Part shown: in pieces, positions 55,891-64,000 of the stretch
How the letters are laid out: every line of letters begins with the position of its first letter
Numbering within the stretch: the first letter of the stretch is position 1
DNA from: an uncultured Thiotrichaceae bacterium
GTDB lineage: Bacteria; Pseudomonadota; Gammaproteobacteria; SZUA-229
Direction: 5' to 3'
Length of the DNA: 64,000 nucleotides
NCBI GenBank assembly: GCA_964441285.1
Contig: CAYTUK010000007.1
Coordinates: 17,736 to 81,735 of the forward strand
Translations under genes and position numbers: made by a program
The notes under the pieces: model-generated
The model's database searches: none
What the model was told of the DNA's origin: nothing
What the model saw: only the letters and a program-made list of their open reading frames with translations

Positions 55891-56033
55891 GTTGTATAAG
55901 GATTGTTTATGATAATACATGGTGATATGAAATGGGGTTTATTGCGGTGACCGTCTGTCGCATGGAAGCGGCAGCCGAGCGTACAGGGAGGTATTCACAG
56001 CGGGTCACAGCAATAAACCTTAGTTCATATCAC
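55891..56033 (+). repeat. Family B palindromic repeat, copy A (core related to family A, different arms)
   Basis: GTGATATGAA...GGTTTATTGC.GTGACCGTC...GGTCACAGCAATAAACC...TTCATATCAC; relatives at 59077 and 63901. Confidence 0.85.
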
Positions 56034-56140
56034 TGATAGTTAACGAGACAGCAATAATATATTTTATATTTACTGTTGAGTCGTATAAAAATGTAAATCC
56101 ATTAGTATAATAAGTAAATTATGATGAATAAAAAAAATTT

Positions 56141-57676
56141 ATGAGTAGCGAAAATACAATCGATAAAAAGGGTGTTGATGCAGGGATTAGTGCTGAAGAC
56201 GAAAATAAATTTATTGCACAACGTCGTGAGAAATTAAATAATTTACGCAACCAGGGGAATGCTTTTCCTAATGACTTTCGGCGTGATAGTTATGCGACGG
56301 ATTTGCATCAGGCATACGACAGTAAAAGTCGTGAGGAGCTGGAAGCACTCTCGATCTCTGTTGCGGTTGCCGGACGCATGATGGCCAAACGTGTTATGGG
56401 TAAGGCCAGTTTTACCCAGGTTCAGGATATGACCGGTCGGATTCAGTTGTTTTTGCAGCGCGACAGTTTACCAGAAGGAGTCTACAACGAAGGCTTTAAA
56501 AAATGGGATGTTGGTGACATTATTGGTGCAACCGGTACATTGTTCAAAACTAAAACAAATGAACTTTCGATTAAAGTGGAGACTATCCATCTACTGACAA
56601 AATCTTTACGGCCATTGCCAGAAAAATTTCATGGCCTGACCGATACTGAAATGCGTTATCGTCAACGTTATGTTGATTTAATTATGAACGAAGAGGTTAA
56701 GCAAACCTTTCGGATGCGGACAAAAATTATCGGTTTTATTCGGCAGTATTTTACGGCACATGATTTCATGGAAGTTGAAACCCCGATGATGCAAATAATT
56801 CCTGGCGGAGCGACGGCAAAGCCTTTTGAAACGTATCATAATGCACTCGACCTGCCAATGTATTTGCGTATAGCGCCTGAATTATATTTAAAACGCCTGG
56901 TTGTTGGTGGGTTTGAACGCGTATTTGAAATAAATCGAAGTTTTCGTAACGAAGGTATTTCCACACGACACAATCCAGAATTTACCATGCTGGAATTTTA
57001 TCAGGCCTATGCGGATTATCATGATCTAATGGATACCACGGAAGATCTTTTGCGTAAGCTGACTGAAAATGTTCTCGGTAGTAGCATGATACAAAGTGAA
57101 AAGACTAGCTTTGATTTTGGTAAAGTGTTTGATCGTTTATCCGTGTTTGATTCAATTTTAAAATTTAATCCTGCGCTTGATGCACAACAGCTAAGAACGC
57201 TAGATGGCGCACGAAAAATTGCCGAAGGCCTGGGTATTCCTTTTAAAGATAGTTATGGACTGGGTAAAATACAAATCGAGATTTTTGAGAAAACAGTGGA
57301 ACATCGCTTAATCAACCCAACCTTTATTACTGAGTACCCAACAGAAGTTTCCCCACTGGCACGGCGCAGTGATAAAGACCCTTTTGTGACTGATCGGTTT
57401 GAATTTTTTGTTGGTGGTCGTGAAATTGCCAATGGTTTTTCCGAGTTAAATGATGCCGAGGATCAGGCGGAACGCTTTCAGGCTCAGGTGGCAGAAAAAG
57501 AGGCGGGTGATGATGAAGCCATGCATTATGATGCCGACTATATTCGTGCACTGGAATACGGTTTACCACCAACGGCAGGCGAAGGGATTGGCATTGATCG
57601 TCTGGTGATGTTATTGACGAATTCAGCATCAATTCGAGATGTGATTTTATTTCCGCATATGAAAAAAGTGGATTAG
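56141..57676 (+). CDS. lysS: Lysine--tRNA ligase (class II)
   Basis: [43 protein letters not shown]. Confidence 0.98.
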   Translation: MSSENTIDKKGVDAGISAEDENKFIAQRREKLNNLRNQGNAFPNDFRRDSYATDLHQAYDSKSREELEALSISVAVAGRMMAKRVMGKASFTQVQDMTGRIQLFLQRDSLPEGVYNEGFKKWDVGDIIGATGTLFKTKTNELSIKVETIHLLTKSLRPLPEKFHGLTDTEMRYRQRYVDLIMNEEVKQTFRMRTKIIGFIRQYFTAHDFMEVETPMMQIIPGGATAKPFETYHNALDLPMYLRIAPELYLKRLVVGGFERVFEINRSFRNEGISTRHNPEFTMLEFYQAYADYHDLMDTTEDLLRKLTENVLGSSMIQSEKTSFDFGKVFDRLSVFDSILKFNPALDAQQLRTLDGARKIAEGLGIPFKDSYGLGKIQIEIFEKTVEHRLINPTFITEYPTEVSPLARRSDKDPFVTDRFEFFVGGREIANGFSELNDAEDQAERFQAQVAEKEAGDDEAMHYDADYIRALEYGLPPTAGEGIGIDRLVMLLTNSASIRDVILFPHMKKVD

Positions 57677-57720
57677 TTTCCCTAAAGCTATAACACCTGT
57701 TTCTTAAAAACATTTGAGCA

Positions 57721-57755
57721 TAAAAAAACCGCTGTAAGCAACAGCGGTTTTTTTA
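57721..57755. terminator. Bidirectional intrinsic terminator between lysS and adk
   Basis: TAAAAAAACCGCTGT-AAGCA-ACAGCGGTTTTTTTA. Confidence 0.9.
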
Positions 57756-57779
57756 ATACAGCTAATTGAAAAGCAGACC

Positions 57780-58421
57780 TTACAAACCAAGCTTTTCTTT
57801 AATGGCATTAATAACTGCATCAGAAGATGTCGCATTAACGGATAACAGCATATCTTCATTTTTATAGAAACCAACCAGCGGCGCGGTTTGCTCGTTGTAA
57901 ACATTTAGACGGTTGCTGATCGCTTCTTCAGTTTCGTCGTCGCGCTGTACGACCGGGCCACCACATTTGTCGCAGATAGCGTCTACTTTTGGTGGGTTGG
58001 ATTTAACATTATAAATTTCACCGCATTTGGTGCAGGTGCGACGGGTGGTTAAACGGTCGAGAATCACATCACGGGGCACGTCAATCTCTACTGCGCAATC
58101 CAGCTTTTCACCCATTTTTTCCAGTAGCACTTTGAGTGCTTCTGCCTGTGGAATAGTGCGTGGGAAACCATCCAGTAAATAGCCGGTTTTACAGTCATCT
58201 TGTTGTAGCCGTGCTTCCATAATGCCCATAATCAGCTCATCCGATACCAGATCGCCCGCTTTCATTGCGGCCTGTGCCTGTTTTCCCAGCTCAGTACCCG
58301 CAGCAACGGCACCGCGCAGGATGTCACCCGTTGATATTTGAACAGAGCCGTCCATTTTTGTTAGCAGTTTTGCGACCGTGCCTTTGCCAGCACCGGGCGC
58401 ACCTAAAAGAATCAGTTTCAT
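57780..58421 (-). CDS. adk: Adenylate kinase with a four-Cys LID
   Basis: GAPGAGKGT, STGDILR, LDGFPRT, QRDDE; GAGG SD before ATG 58421. Confidence 0.96.
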   Translation of the reverse strand: MKLILLGAPGAGKGTVAKLLTKMDGSVQISTGDILRGAVAAGTELGKQAQAAMKAGDLVSDELIMGIMEARLQQDDCKTGYLLDGFPRTIPQAEALKVLLEKMGEKLDCAVEIDVPRDVILDRLTTRRTCTKCGEIYNVKSNPPKVDAICDKCGGPVVQRDDETEEAISNRLNVYNEQTAPLVGFYKNEDMLLSVNATSSDAVINAIKEKLGL

Positions 58422-58639
58422 CGTAGTTCCTCGAAAAGAGTTAATGGTTGCAGACGATAATTCGCCAATATGTGTAAAATCAGGGGCATATTGTCTAGTT
58501 TTTGTGCATGGAAAGCAAATATAATGCATGGTATTGTGATTTTACTCGTTCAGCCGATTTTAACTGTTACTGGCTCACAGAGATTGCCGTTAACGTGCTG
58601 ATGATGGGCAACATTTATTAAGGTTTATGGATAATCGTT

Positions 58640-59050
58640 ATGTGTAGAAAAGAAGTTGGTGCATTTGTCTATCAGCTTGATGAAGATGGCTTAAAACTGG
58701 TGCTGATAAATAATCGAAAGCAAACGCGCTGGATTTTACCCAAGGGACAAATTGAAGAGAATTTAAGCGATAAGAAAGTGGCGCTTAAAGAAGTTTATGA
58801 AGAGGCCGGTATTATCGGTATGCTGGAAAAGGATCTTCCGGTAAAAGTGGTGCGTTATATGAGCCGCACCGGTTCAGTAGAATTACATGTTTACACTGTG
58901 CAGATAGCCTATATGCTGGACCAGTGGCCGGAAAAACACTTCAGGCAGCGTGTTATGGTTGATGTGGATGTGGCACTATTAATGGTCAGGAAAAAGGCGT
59001 TACGTGTGTTGATTACGCAGCTAGCCACTGAAATTGAACAGGGTTATTAA
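58640..59050 (+). CDS. NUDIX hydrolase (DIPP/Ddp1-like)
   Basis: RWILPKGQIE......VALKEVYEEAG Nudix box, WPE...RQR. Confidence 0.85.
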   Translation: MCRKEVGAFVYQLDEDGLKLVLINNRKQTRWILPKGQIEENLSDKKVALKEVYEEAGIIGMLEKDLPVKVVRYMSRTGSVELHVYTVQIAYMLDQWPEKHFRQRVMVDVDVALLMVRKKALRVLITQLATEIEQGY

Positions 59051-59076
59051 TACTGGCGAGGCGCACACGCTCTTGT

Positions 59077-59161
59077 GCAGGAGGTATTTACAGTGGGTCA
59101 TAGAAATAAATCCCAGTTCACGTCACAATGTATTATCATAAACAATCTATCCTTATACAAC
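59077..59161 (+). repeat. Family B repeat, copy B (right half)
   Basis: AGGAGGTATTTACAGTGGGTCA...; its ATGTATTATCATAAACAATC...CTTATACAAC tail is the reverse complement of 55891-55920. Confidence 0.75.
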
Positions 59162-59263
59162 CTTTACCTAGGAGCCTGTCCGAGAAAATTAACGGGACAG
59201 TCGTGGTTGGTTATTTATACTGTCGGTAAGTGGCTAATCGATTATTAGCGAAAGCAGAGAAAC

Positions 59264-60130
59264 ATGGGAGCCATGATGGATTACGATGAATTTTTTGAGA
59301 AAGTAAAAGATAATGATGATGGCTTTTTAAAAAAAGTTTATAAACGCTACAGTAAATATACACAGGAGCAGACGTTAAGACCTTACCAGGCAGAGTTAAT
59401 AAAACTTCAGAATCATCTCGAAAAGCACCAGAAAAAAATGATTATTCTGATTGAAGGCCGCGATGCGTCAGGGAAGGGTGGTGGTATTCGCCGTATTACC
59501 CGTTTTATGAATGAAAAGCACTATCGTGTGGTTGCACTGGGGAAGCCTTCCAATGTTCAGCTAAGCCAGTGGTATTTTCAGCGTTATATCGAACAGTTCC
59601 CGCGTGGAGGAGAAATTGTTCTGTTTGACCGTAGCTGGTATAACCGTGCAATGGTTGAGCCGATATTTGGTTTTTGCAGTCAAGATGAATATGCTACTTT
59701 TATGAAAACCGTACCGCGTTTTGAAGAAGACCTGGTTGCCCATGGAATTATCTTTTTAAAAATTTATTTTTCAGTATCAAAGCGTGAACAGGCTGCTCGG
59801 TTTAAAGAGCGTGAGGAAAATCCATTAAAACGCTGGAAGCTGAGTGAAATTGATGTGCAGATGCAGGAGCGTTGGGATGAGTTTACACAGATGAAGTATC
59901 AAATGTTAAAACAAACCCACACCTATACTGCTCCCTGGTATGTTATTCGCAGTAATAATAAATTTCTTGCTCGTCTTAATGCCATTAAAAGTATTTTAAA
60001 TAATATTGAGTATGAAGATAGAAACCTTAATCTGGATTATATGGTTGATGACTCTGTTTTTTATTCCGGTGCACACGAAGTTGAATTGATGGAAAATCAC
60101 CTGCATGAAAAAGGCAAGTTTATGGTTTAA
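59264..60130 (+). CDS. ppk2: Polyphosphate kinase 2
   Basis: EGRDASGKGG, QWYFQRY, FDRSWYNR, PLKRWKLS. Confidence 0.95.
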   Translation: MGAMMDYDEFFEKVKDNDDGFLKKVYKRYSKYTQEQTLRPYQAELIKLQNHLEKHQKKMIILIEGRDASGKGGGIRRITRFMNEKHYRVVALGKPSNVQLSQWYFQRYIEQFPRGGEIVLFDRSWYNRAMVEPIFGFCSQDEYATFMKTVPRFEEDLVAHGIIFLKIYFSVSKREQAARFKEREENPLKRWKLSEIDVQMQERWDEFTQMKYQMLKQTHTYTAPWYVIRSNNKFLARLNAIKSILNNIEYEDRNLNLDYMVDDSVFYSGAHEVELMENHLHEKGKFMV

Positions 60131-60194
60131 GCCTGGTGATTTTATGGGTACGAACATGAGTGAGAGCAACCCAGCCCGTATCACGCTGATCATT

Positions 60195-60317
60195 GACTAA
60201 CAGGATGGATGAAACGGATACTTAAGGTGTCAAGACACGCTGTCAATTCATCAATGTTGGCCCGACACCCACATCCCTGCGGCTGATGGTCTTGAACCAT
60301 AAATATCCGTTTCAGTA
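60195..60317 (-). repeat. Family A repeat, copy 8 (core inverted relative to arms)
   Basis: ACTAACAGGATGGATGAAA left arm, but core reads CAAGACACGC...CCCTGCGGCTGATGGTCTTGAAC. Confidence 0.85.
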
Positions 60318-60331
60318 ATAGGTGCTGGTTC

Positions 60332-61345
60332 TTAACCGCCTGTCATGCTCATTAACCGAACGACCTGCTCAGGTTTTTCATTGAATTCATGTTTTTCAGG
60401 TTTTTGTTTGATGGCATGAATGATAACGGTTTTTAATTCGGCGTTACTGATACCCTGGCGTAATAGTGGACGTAGTTCAACTTTATCGTTCTGCCCCAGG
60501 CATAAGTGAAGTGTGCCATTAACGGATAAACGTACCCGATTACAGCTTGCACAAAAGTGTTGTGAGATCGGAGTGATAAATCCAATACGTAGATTTGTGT
60601 TTTTAATTTGAACGTATCTTGCCGGGCCGCCACCTGGCATAACACCTGGAATGAATGTATAACGGTTTGCCAGTTGTTGTTTAACAGACTGTAAATCGAT
60701 ATAGTGTTTACTTGCCTCATCGCTGGTGCTTCCCATTGGCATGGTTTCAATAAGACGTAGCGTGAAGTCATGTTGCAAACAAAATTCCACCATGTTTTCA
60801 AACTCATCTTCATTGCGCCCTTTCATGGCAACCATGTTGATTTTTATCGGTGAAAAACCGGCCTGTTTTGCTGCCATTAAGCCATCCAGGACGGGTTGTA
60901 GTTTCCCGCCGGTAATGGCTTTAAATCTCTCTGGGTTTAATGTGTCAAGACTGACATTGATTCTTGATACACCCGCATCATAGAGCTTGTTAGACTGTTT
61001 ATCGAGTAAGATGGCATTGGTGCTCAGTGATAAATCATCAAGACCGGGCAGTGCAGTTAGCTGTTGTGCCAGCGTGCTAATATTTTTTCTAACCAGGGGT
61101 TCACCACCCGTTAAACGTACGCGGGAAACTCCCAGTTCGGTAAAGGCTTTGACAATTTGCGTAATCTCACTAAAAGTTAACCAGTGTTCAGGTTGTTCAA
61201 AATCCTTAAAGCCATTGGGCATACAATAGAAACAACGCAGATTACATTTATCCGTTACCGATAGACGCAGATACTCAATGCGACGGCCAAATGGGTCGAT
61301 GAGTGACGTTTGTTTGTGCTGCATGTGCGTGTTCATAATGTGCAA
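60332..61345 (-). CDS. moaA: GTP 3',8-cyclase; start uncertain
   Basis: YLRLSVTDKCNLRCFYC, RLTGGEP, FCASCNRVR, C-terminal GG. Confidence 0.97.
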   Translation of the reverse strand: MHIMNTHMQHKQTSLIDPFGRRIEYLRLSVTDKCNLRCFYCMPNGFKDFEQPEHWLTFSEITQIVKAFTELGVSRVRLTGGEPLVRKNISTLAQQLTALPGLDDLSLSTNAILLDKQSNKLYDAGVSRINVSLDTLNPERFKAITGGKLQPVLDGLMAAKQAGFSPIKINMVAMKGRNEDEFENMVEFCLQHDFTLRLIETMPMGSTSDEASKHYIDLQSVKQQLANRYTFIPGVMPGGGPARYVQIKNTNLRIGFITPISQHFCASCNRVRLSVNGTLHLCLGQNDKVELRPLLRQGISNAELKTVIIHAIKQKPEKHEFNEKPEQVVRLMSMTGG

Positions 61346-61490
61346 TGTTTAGAGTGTACTAGCTTATTGGTGTTGGCAACATGCTGGCATGATCTACGTC
61401 AAATGGGAATATCCAGTAGTTGACAGGTGGTTATATGCCCAGAGTTGCTTTGTTATGGTGAAACCAGCTGTTATCAGGTACCTTAAAAGT

Positions 61491-61609
61491 TACTCACAGG
61501 ATAGATGAAAAGGCTAGCCATTGTTCAAGACCGTCAGCCGCGGGGATGCGGGTGTCGAGTCTATAGGGATGTATTCACCAGGTGTCTTTAACTATCCGTC
61601 CTGTTAGTA
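61491..61609 (+). repeat. Family A repeat, copy 9
   Basis: TACTCACAGGATAGATGAAAAGGCT...core...CCTGTTAGTA (same arm type at both ends). Confidence 0.88.
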
Positions 61610-61700
61610 TATTGCATATCAGAAAAAAATTTAAAAAAGGTGATGCAAATTTCCAATGTATAAAAACCCGTTATGGTTTTGGTTGTCAGTGGTTGTGTAA

Positions 61701-63305
61701 ATGAAAATACGCACGAAATTATTTATCTTCAGTTTAATTTTTGTTGCTATTGTGCCCTGGTTAGGGGTTCGCTTTGTGGATAAAATTGAACAGTCTTTAT
61801 TGCAGGGGCAGGAAGAAACACAGTCGATGACAGCATCAGCAATAGCTATGGTGTTAAAAGGCTATACACGTCTGTTTAATATTGATAAAAATGCGTTATA
61901 TGTTTATCCAGTTAAACATAATATTATTATAGATGGTTATGATGAAGACTGGGATCAGTTAAAGCAACGTTTTGTCTCCTATGCAGGTGGAAAATTTTCA
62001 TTATTGCTGGCGAGCAATGCGAATTATTTATATGGTTTCCTGAAAGTAAAAGACAGGAATATTGTTTATCGTAATCCACGCAATGTCTCGCTCGATGCAA
62101 GCGACCACGTTCGGCTGGAATATATTGATAAAAATAACCAACTTAAGCGTCTGGTTTTAGTGACGGAAGGTCAGGGTAGTATTAGTGTGTATGCGGTAGA
62201 TGATAGCTGGAAAACAGGCCAACCTGTATACACGGTAAAAGGTGTCTGGCGTGAAACGAAACAGGGTTATAATCTTGAATATCAATTACCTAAAGAATGG
62301 TTGCTGCCTGCCAGACAGTTTGTATTAAGTGTTGTCAATGTTTCCTCCGCAAGTACGCCCGCTTCAGAGACGATTGTTTCTACACATTCACCAAATAATA
62401 ATGGATTAAATACATTATTATTTCAATCGCAGGCAATGCGTAATGTGATTAAAAATTTAAGTGAGTCGGATTCACACATTTGCATTATTGATAAATACCG
62501 TCGGGTTCGTGCAGTGACTGGTGGTTCGACATTCAGTGCATTGTTTTGTCAGCATATAGATAAGCTTAGTAACAACTTGATAACGGGAGCTTTGGCTGCA
62601 CAGGTTCCGCTTAAGGAGGAGAATAAAAAGTTAGTATCGCGTATTAACCTGGGGCTTGAGACATTAATTGTTGCGGCACAACCTGTCTTTGATGGCGATA
62701 AAGTTATCGGTGCCGTGCTGGTAAGCAAAAACAGTCAGCGAGTGCTTTCGCTACAACGCGATACATTAAATGATGTTATCGTTGCAACGCTGGTTATTTT
62801 TGTTCTTGTTATAGTTAGTCTGCTTATTTTCAGTTTCTGGCTGACATTTCGAATCAACCGATTAAAAAAGCAGACGACTTTGCTGATTGATGATAAAGGG
62901 CATTTTATCAGCCAGATTGATTTATCTGACGGTAAGAAAAATGATGAAATTGGTGATCTGTCACGCAGCTTTAATGTGTTACTGGGTAAACTTAATCGTT
63001 ACTCCCATTTTCTTGAAACAGTCCCCAGGATGTTACCCCATGAAATATTAAATCCGGTGAACACGATCAGTATGGCATTGCAGACAATGCCGCAGCAAAC
63101 TAATCTAGCGGATATGGCCACACTGGAGAGTGCCATTAAACAGTTGCAACGTATTGTCTCGAGTTTAACTGAGGCGGCAAGCATTGATGATGGTTTAACC
63201 AGGGATGAAGTCAAACTATTTAATATTGCGGTGTTGCTCCATGAGTACGTGCAGAATTTACAGAACCGGCAGGGTAAGAGTCCGTTACGCTGTAACCGCC
63301 CATGA
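61701..63305 (+). CDS. PdsS-like (proteobacterial dedicated sortase system) sensor histidine kinase, C-terminally truncated
   Basis: N-terminus KIR.KL...PWLG...E..L.QGQE, IDG..DW, second TM, HAMP (DEIGDLSRSF), HisKA-like HEILNP; no HATPase N/G boxes before the stop. Confidence 0.7.
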   Translation: MKIRTKLFIFSLIFVAIVPWLGVRFVDKIEQSLLQGQEETQSMTASAIAMVLKGYTRLFNIDKNALYVYPVKHNIIIDGYDEDWDQLKQRFVSYAGGKFSLLLASNANYLYGFLKVKDRNIVYRNPRNVSLDASDHVRLEYIDKNNQLKRLVLVTEGQGSISVYAVDDSWKTGQPVYTVKGVWRETKQGYNLEYQLPKEWLLPARQFVLSVVNVSSASTPASETIVSTHSPNNNGLNTLLFQSQAMRNVIKNLSESDSHICIIDKYRRVRAVTGGSTFSALFCQHIDKLSNNLITGALAAQVPLKEENKKLVSRINLGLETLIVAAQPVFDGDKVIGAVLVSKNSQRVLSLQRDTLNDVIVATLVIFVLVIVSLLIFSFWLTFRINRLKKQTTLLIDDKGHFISQIDLSDGKKNDEIGDLSRSFNVLLGKLNRYSHFLETVPRMLPHEILNPVNTISMALQTMPQQTNLADMATLESAIKQLQRIVSSLTEAASIDDGLTRDEVKLFNIAVLLHEYVQNLQNRQGKSPLRCNRP

Positions 63306-63895
63306 TGCACAATGACAACAAGAGTGAAGCAATGACGAATAAAACCATAAACAGTAAAACGATAAAGGATAAAGCGATAAAAAATAAAACATGGGTGCCA
63401 GTAAAAATTGTAATTTTAACAATCTCTGACAGTCGCACTGAGGCAGACGATACGTCAGGGGATGCATTAGTTGAGCGCTTGACACAGGCCGATCATGTAC
63501 TGGTCGAAAGAATGATTATAGTGGACGACAAATATAAAATTCGTGAAGCCATCTCACGCTGGATTGCCGATAAAAATGTTGATGTGGTGATCAGTACCGG
63601 GGGCACAGGTTTAACCGGCCGGGATATTACGCCAGAAGCCGTTAAGCCGTTATTTGATAAAGAGATAGAGGGTGTCGGAGAACTGTTTCGTCTAGTTTCC
63701 TATGAGGAGATTGGTACTTCAACCATTGCTTCACGATGCATTGGCGGAGTGGCTAATGGTACCTTTATTTTCTGCCTGCCGGGTTCCACGGGTGCCTGTC
63801 GAACTGGCTGGGATAAAGTGATTGCACCACAGCTCGATTGCAATACACGGCCCTGTAATATCGTGGCACTCATGCCCAGGTTGCTGGAAAAATAA
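63302..63895 (+). CDS. moaB: Molybdenum cofactor biosynthesis protein B; start uncertain
   Basis: LTISDSR...DDTSG, TGGTGLTGRD.TPEA, IGTSTI.SR, LPGSTGAC.TGW, RPCN. Confidence 0.95.
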   Translation: MMHNDNKSEAMTNKTINSKTIKDKAIKNKTWVPVKIVILTISDSRTEADDTSGDALVERLTQADHVLVERMIIVDDKYKIREAISRWIADKNVDVVISTGGTGLTGRDITPEAVKPLFDKEIEGVGELFRLVSYEEIGTSTIASRCIGGVANGTFIFCLPGSTGACRTGWDKVIAPQLDCNTRPCNIVALMPRLLEK

Positions 63896-63900
63896 AACAG

Positions 63901-64000
63901 GATGACATGAACTGGAGTTTATTGCTGAGACACGCTGTAAATATCTCCCTGTACGCCCATCTGCCACCTCCATGCGGCAGACGGTCACAGCAATAAACAC
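63901..64000 (-). repeat. Family B repeat, copy C (runs off the window end)
   Basis: Reverse complement reads TTTATTGCTGTGACCGTCTGCCGCATGGAGGTGGCAG...ACAGGGAGATATTTACAGCG. Confidence 0.85.

Overview
Chromosomal window (about 43% GC by eye) from a gammaproteobacterium, plausibly marine and sulfur-associated. It opens with a copper cluster: cusB-cusF fusion, cusA, a DsbA-like protein, a tandem-YHS protein, copA and a PII-like protein. Core genes follow: purB, fumC, mltD, rnhA, dnaQ, smpB, ratA/rnfH, bamE, fur, relA, gor, icd, clpSA, infA, cysE, an isc operon lacking iscU, rlmN-pilW-rodZ-hisS-yfgM-bamB-der, yoaA, tsaB, prfB (with its +1 frameshift), lysS, adk, ppk2, moaA and moaB. Two signals stand out. 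(1) A near-textbook -1 ribosomal frameshift cassette (A_AAA_AAG, immediate stop, long downstream stem) joins the tandem-YHS ORF to copA, the inverse of the E. coli copA/CopA(Z) arrangement. (2) About 12 dispersed ~130-bp palindromic MITE-like repeats from two arm families share a core carrying two CsrA/RsmA-type ANGGA motifs, with the GGA strand on the mRNA strand in all five co-directional spacers. All gene calls rest on motif and synteny recognition by eye; no searches were run.
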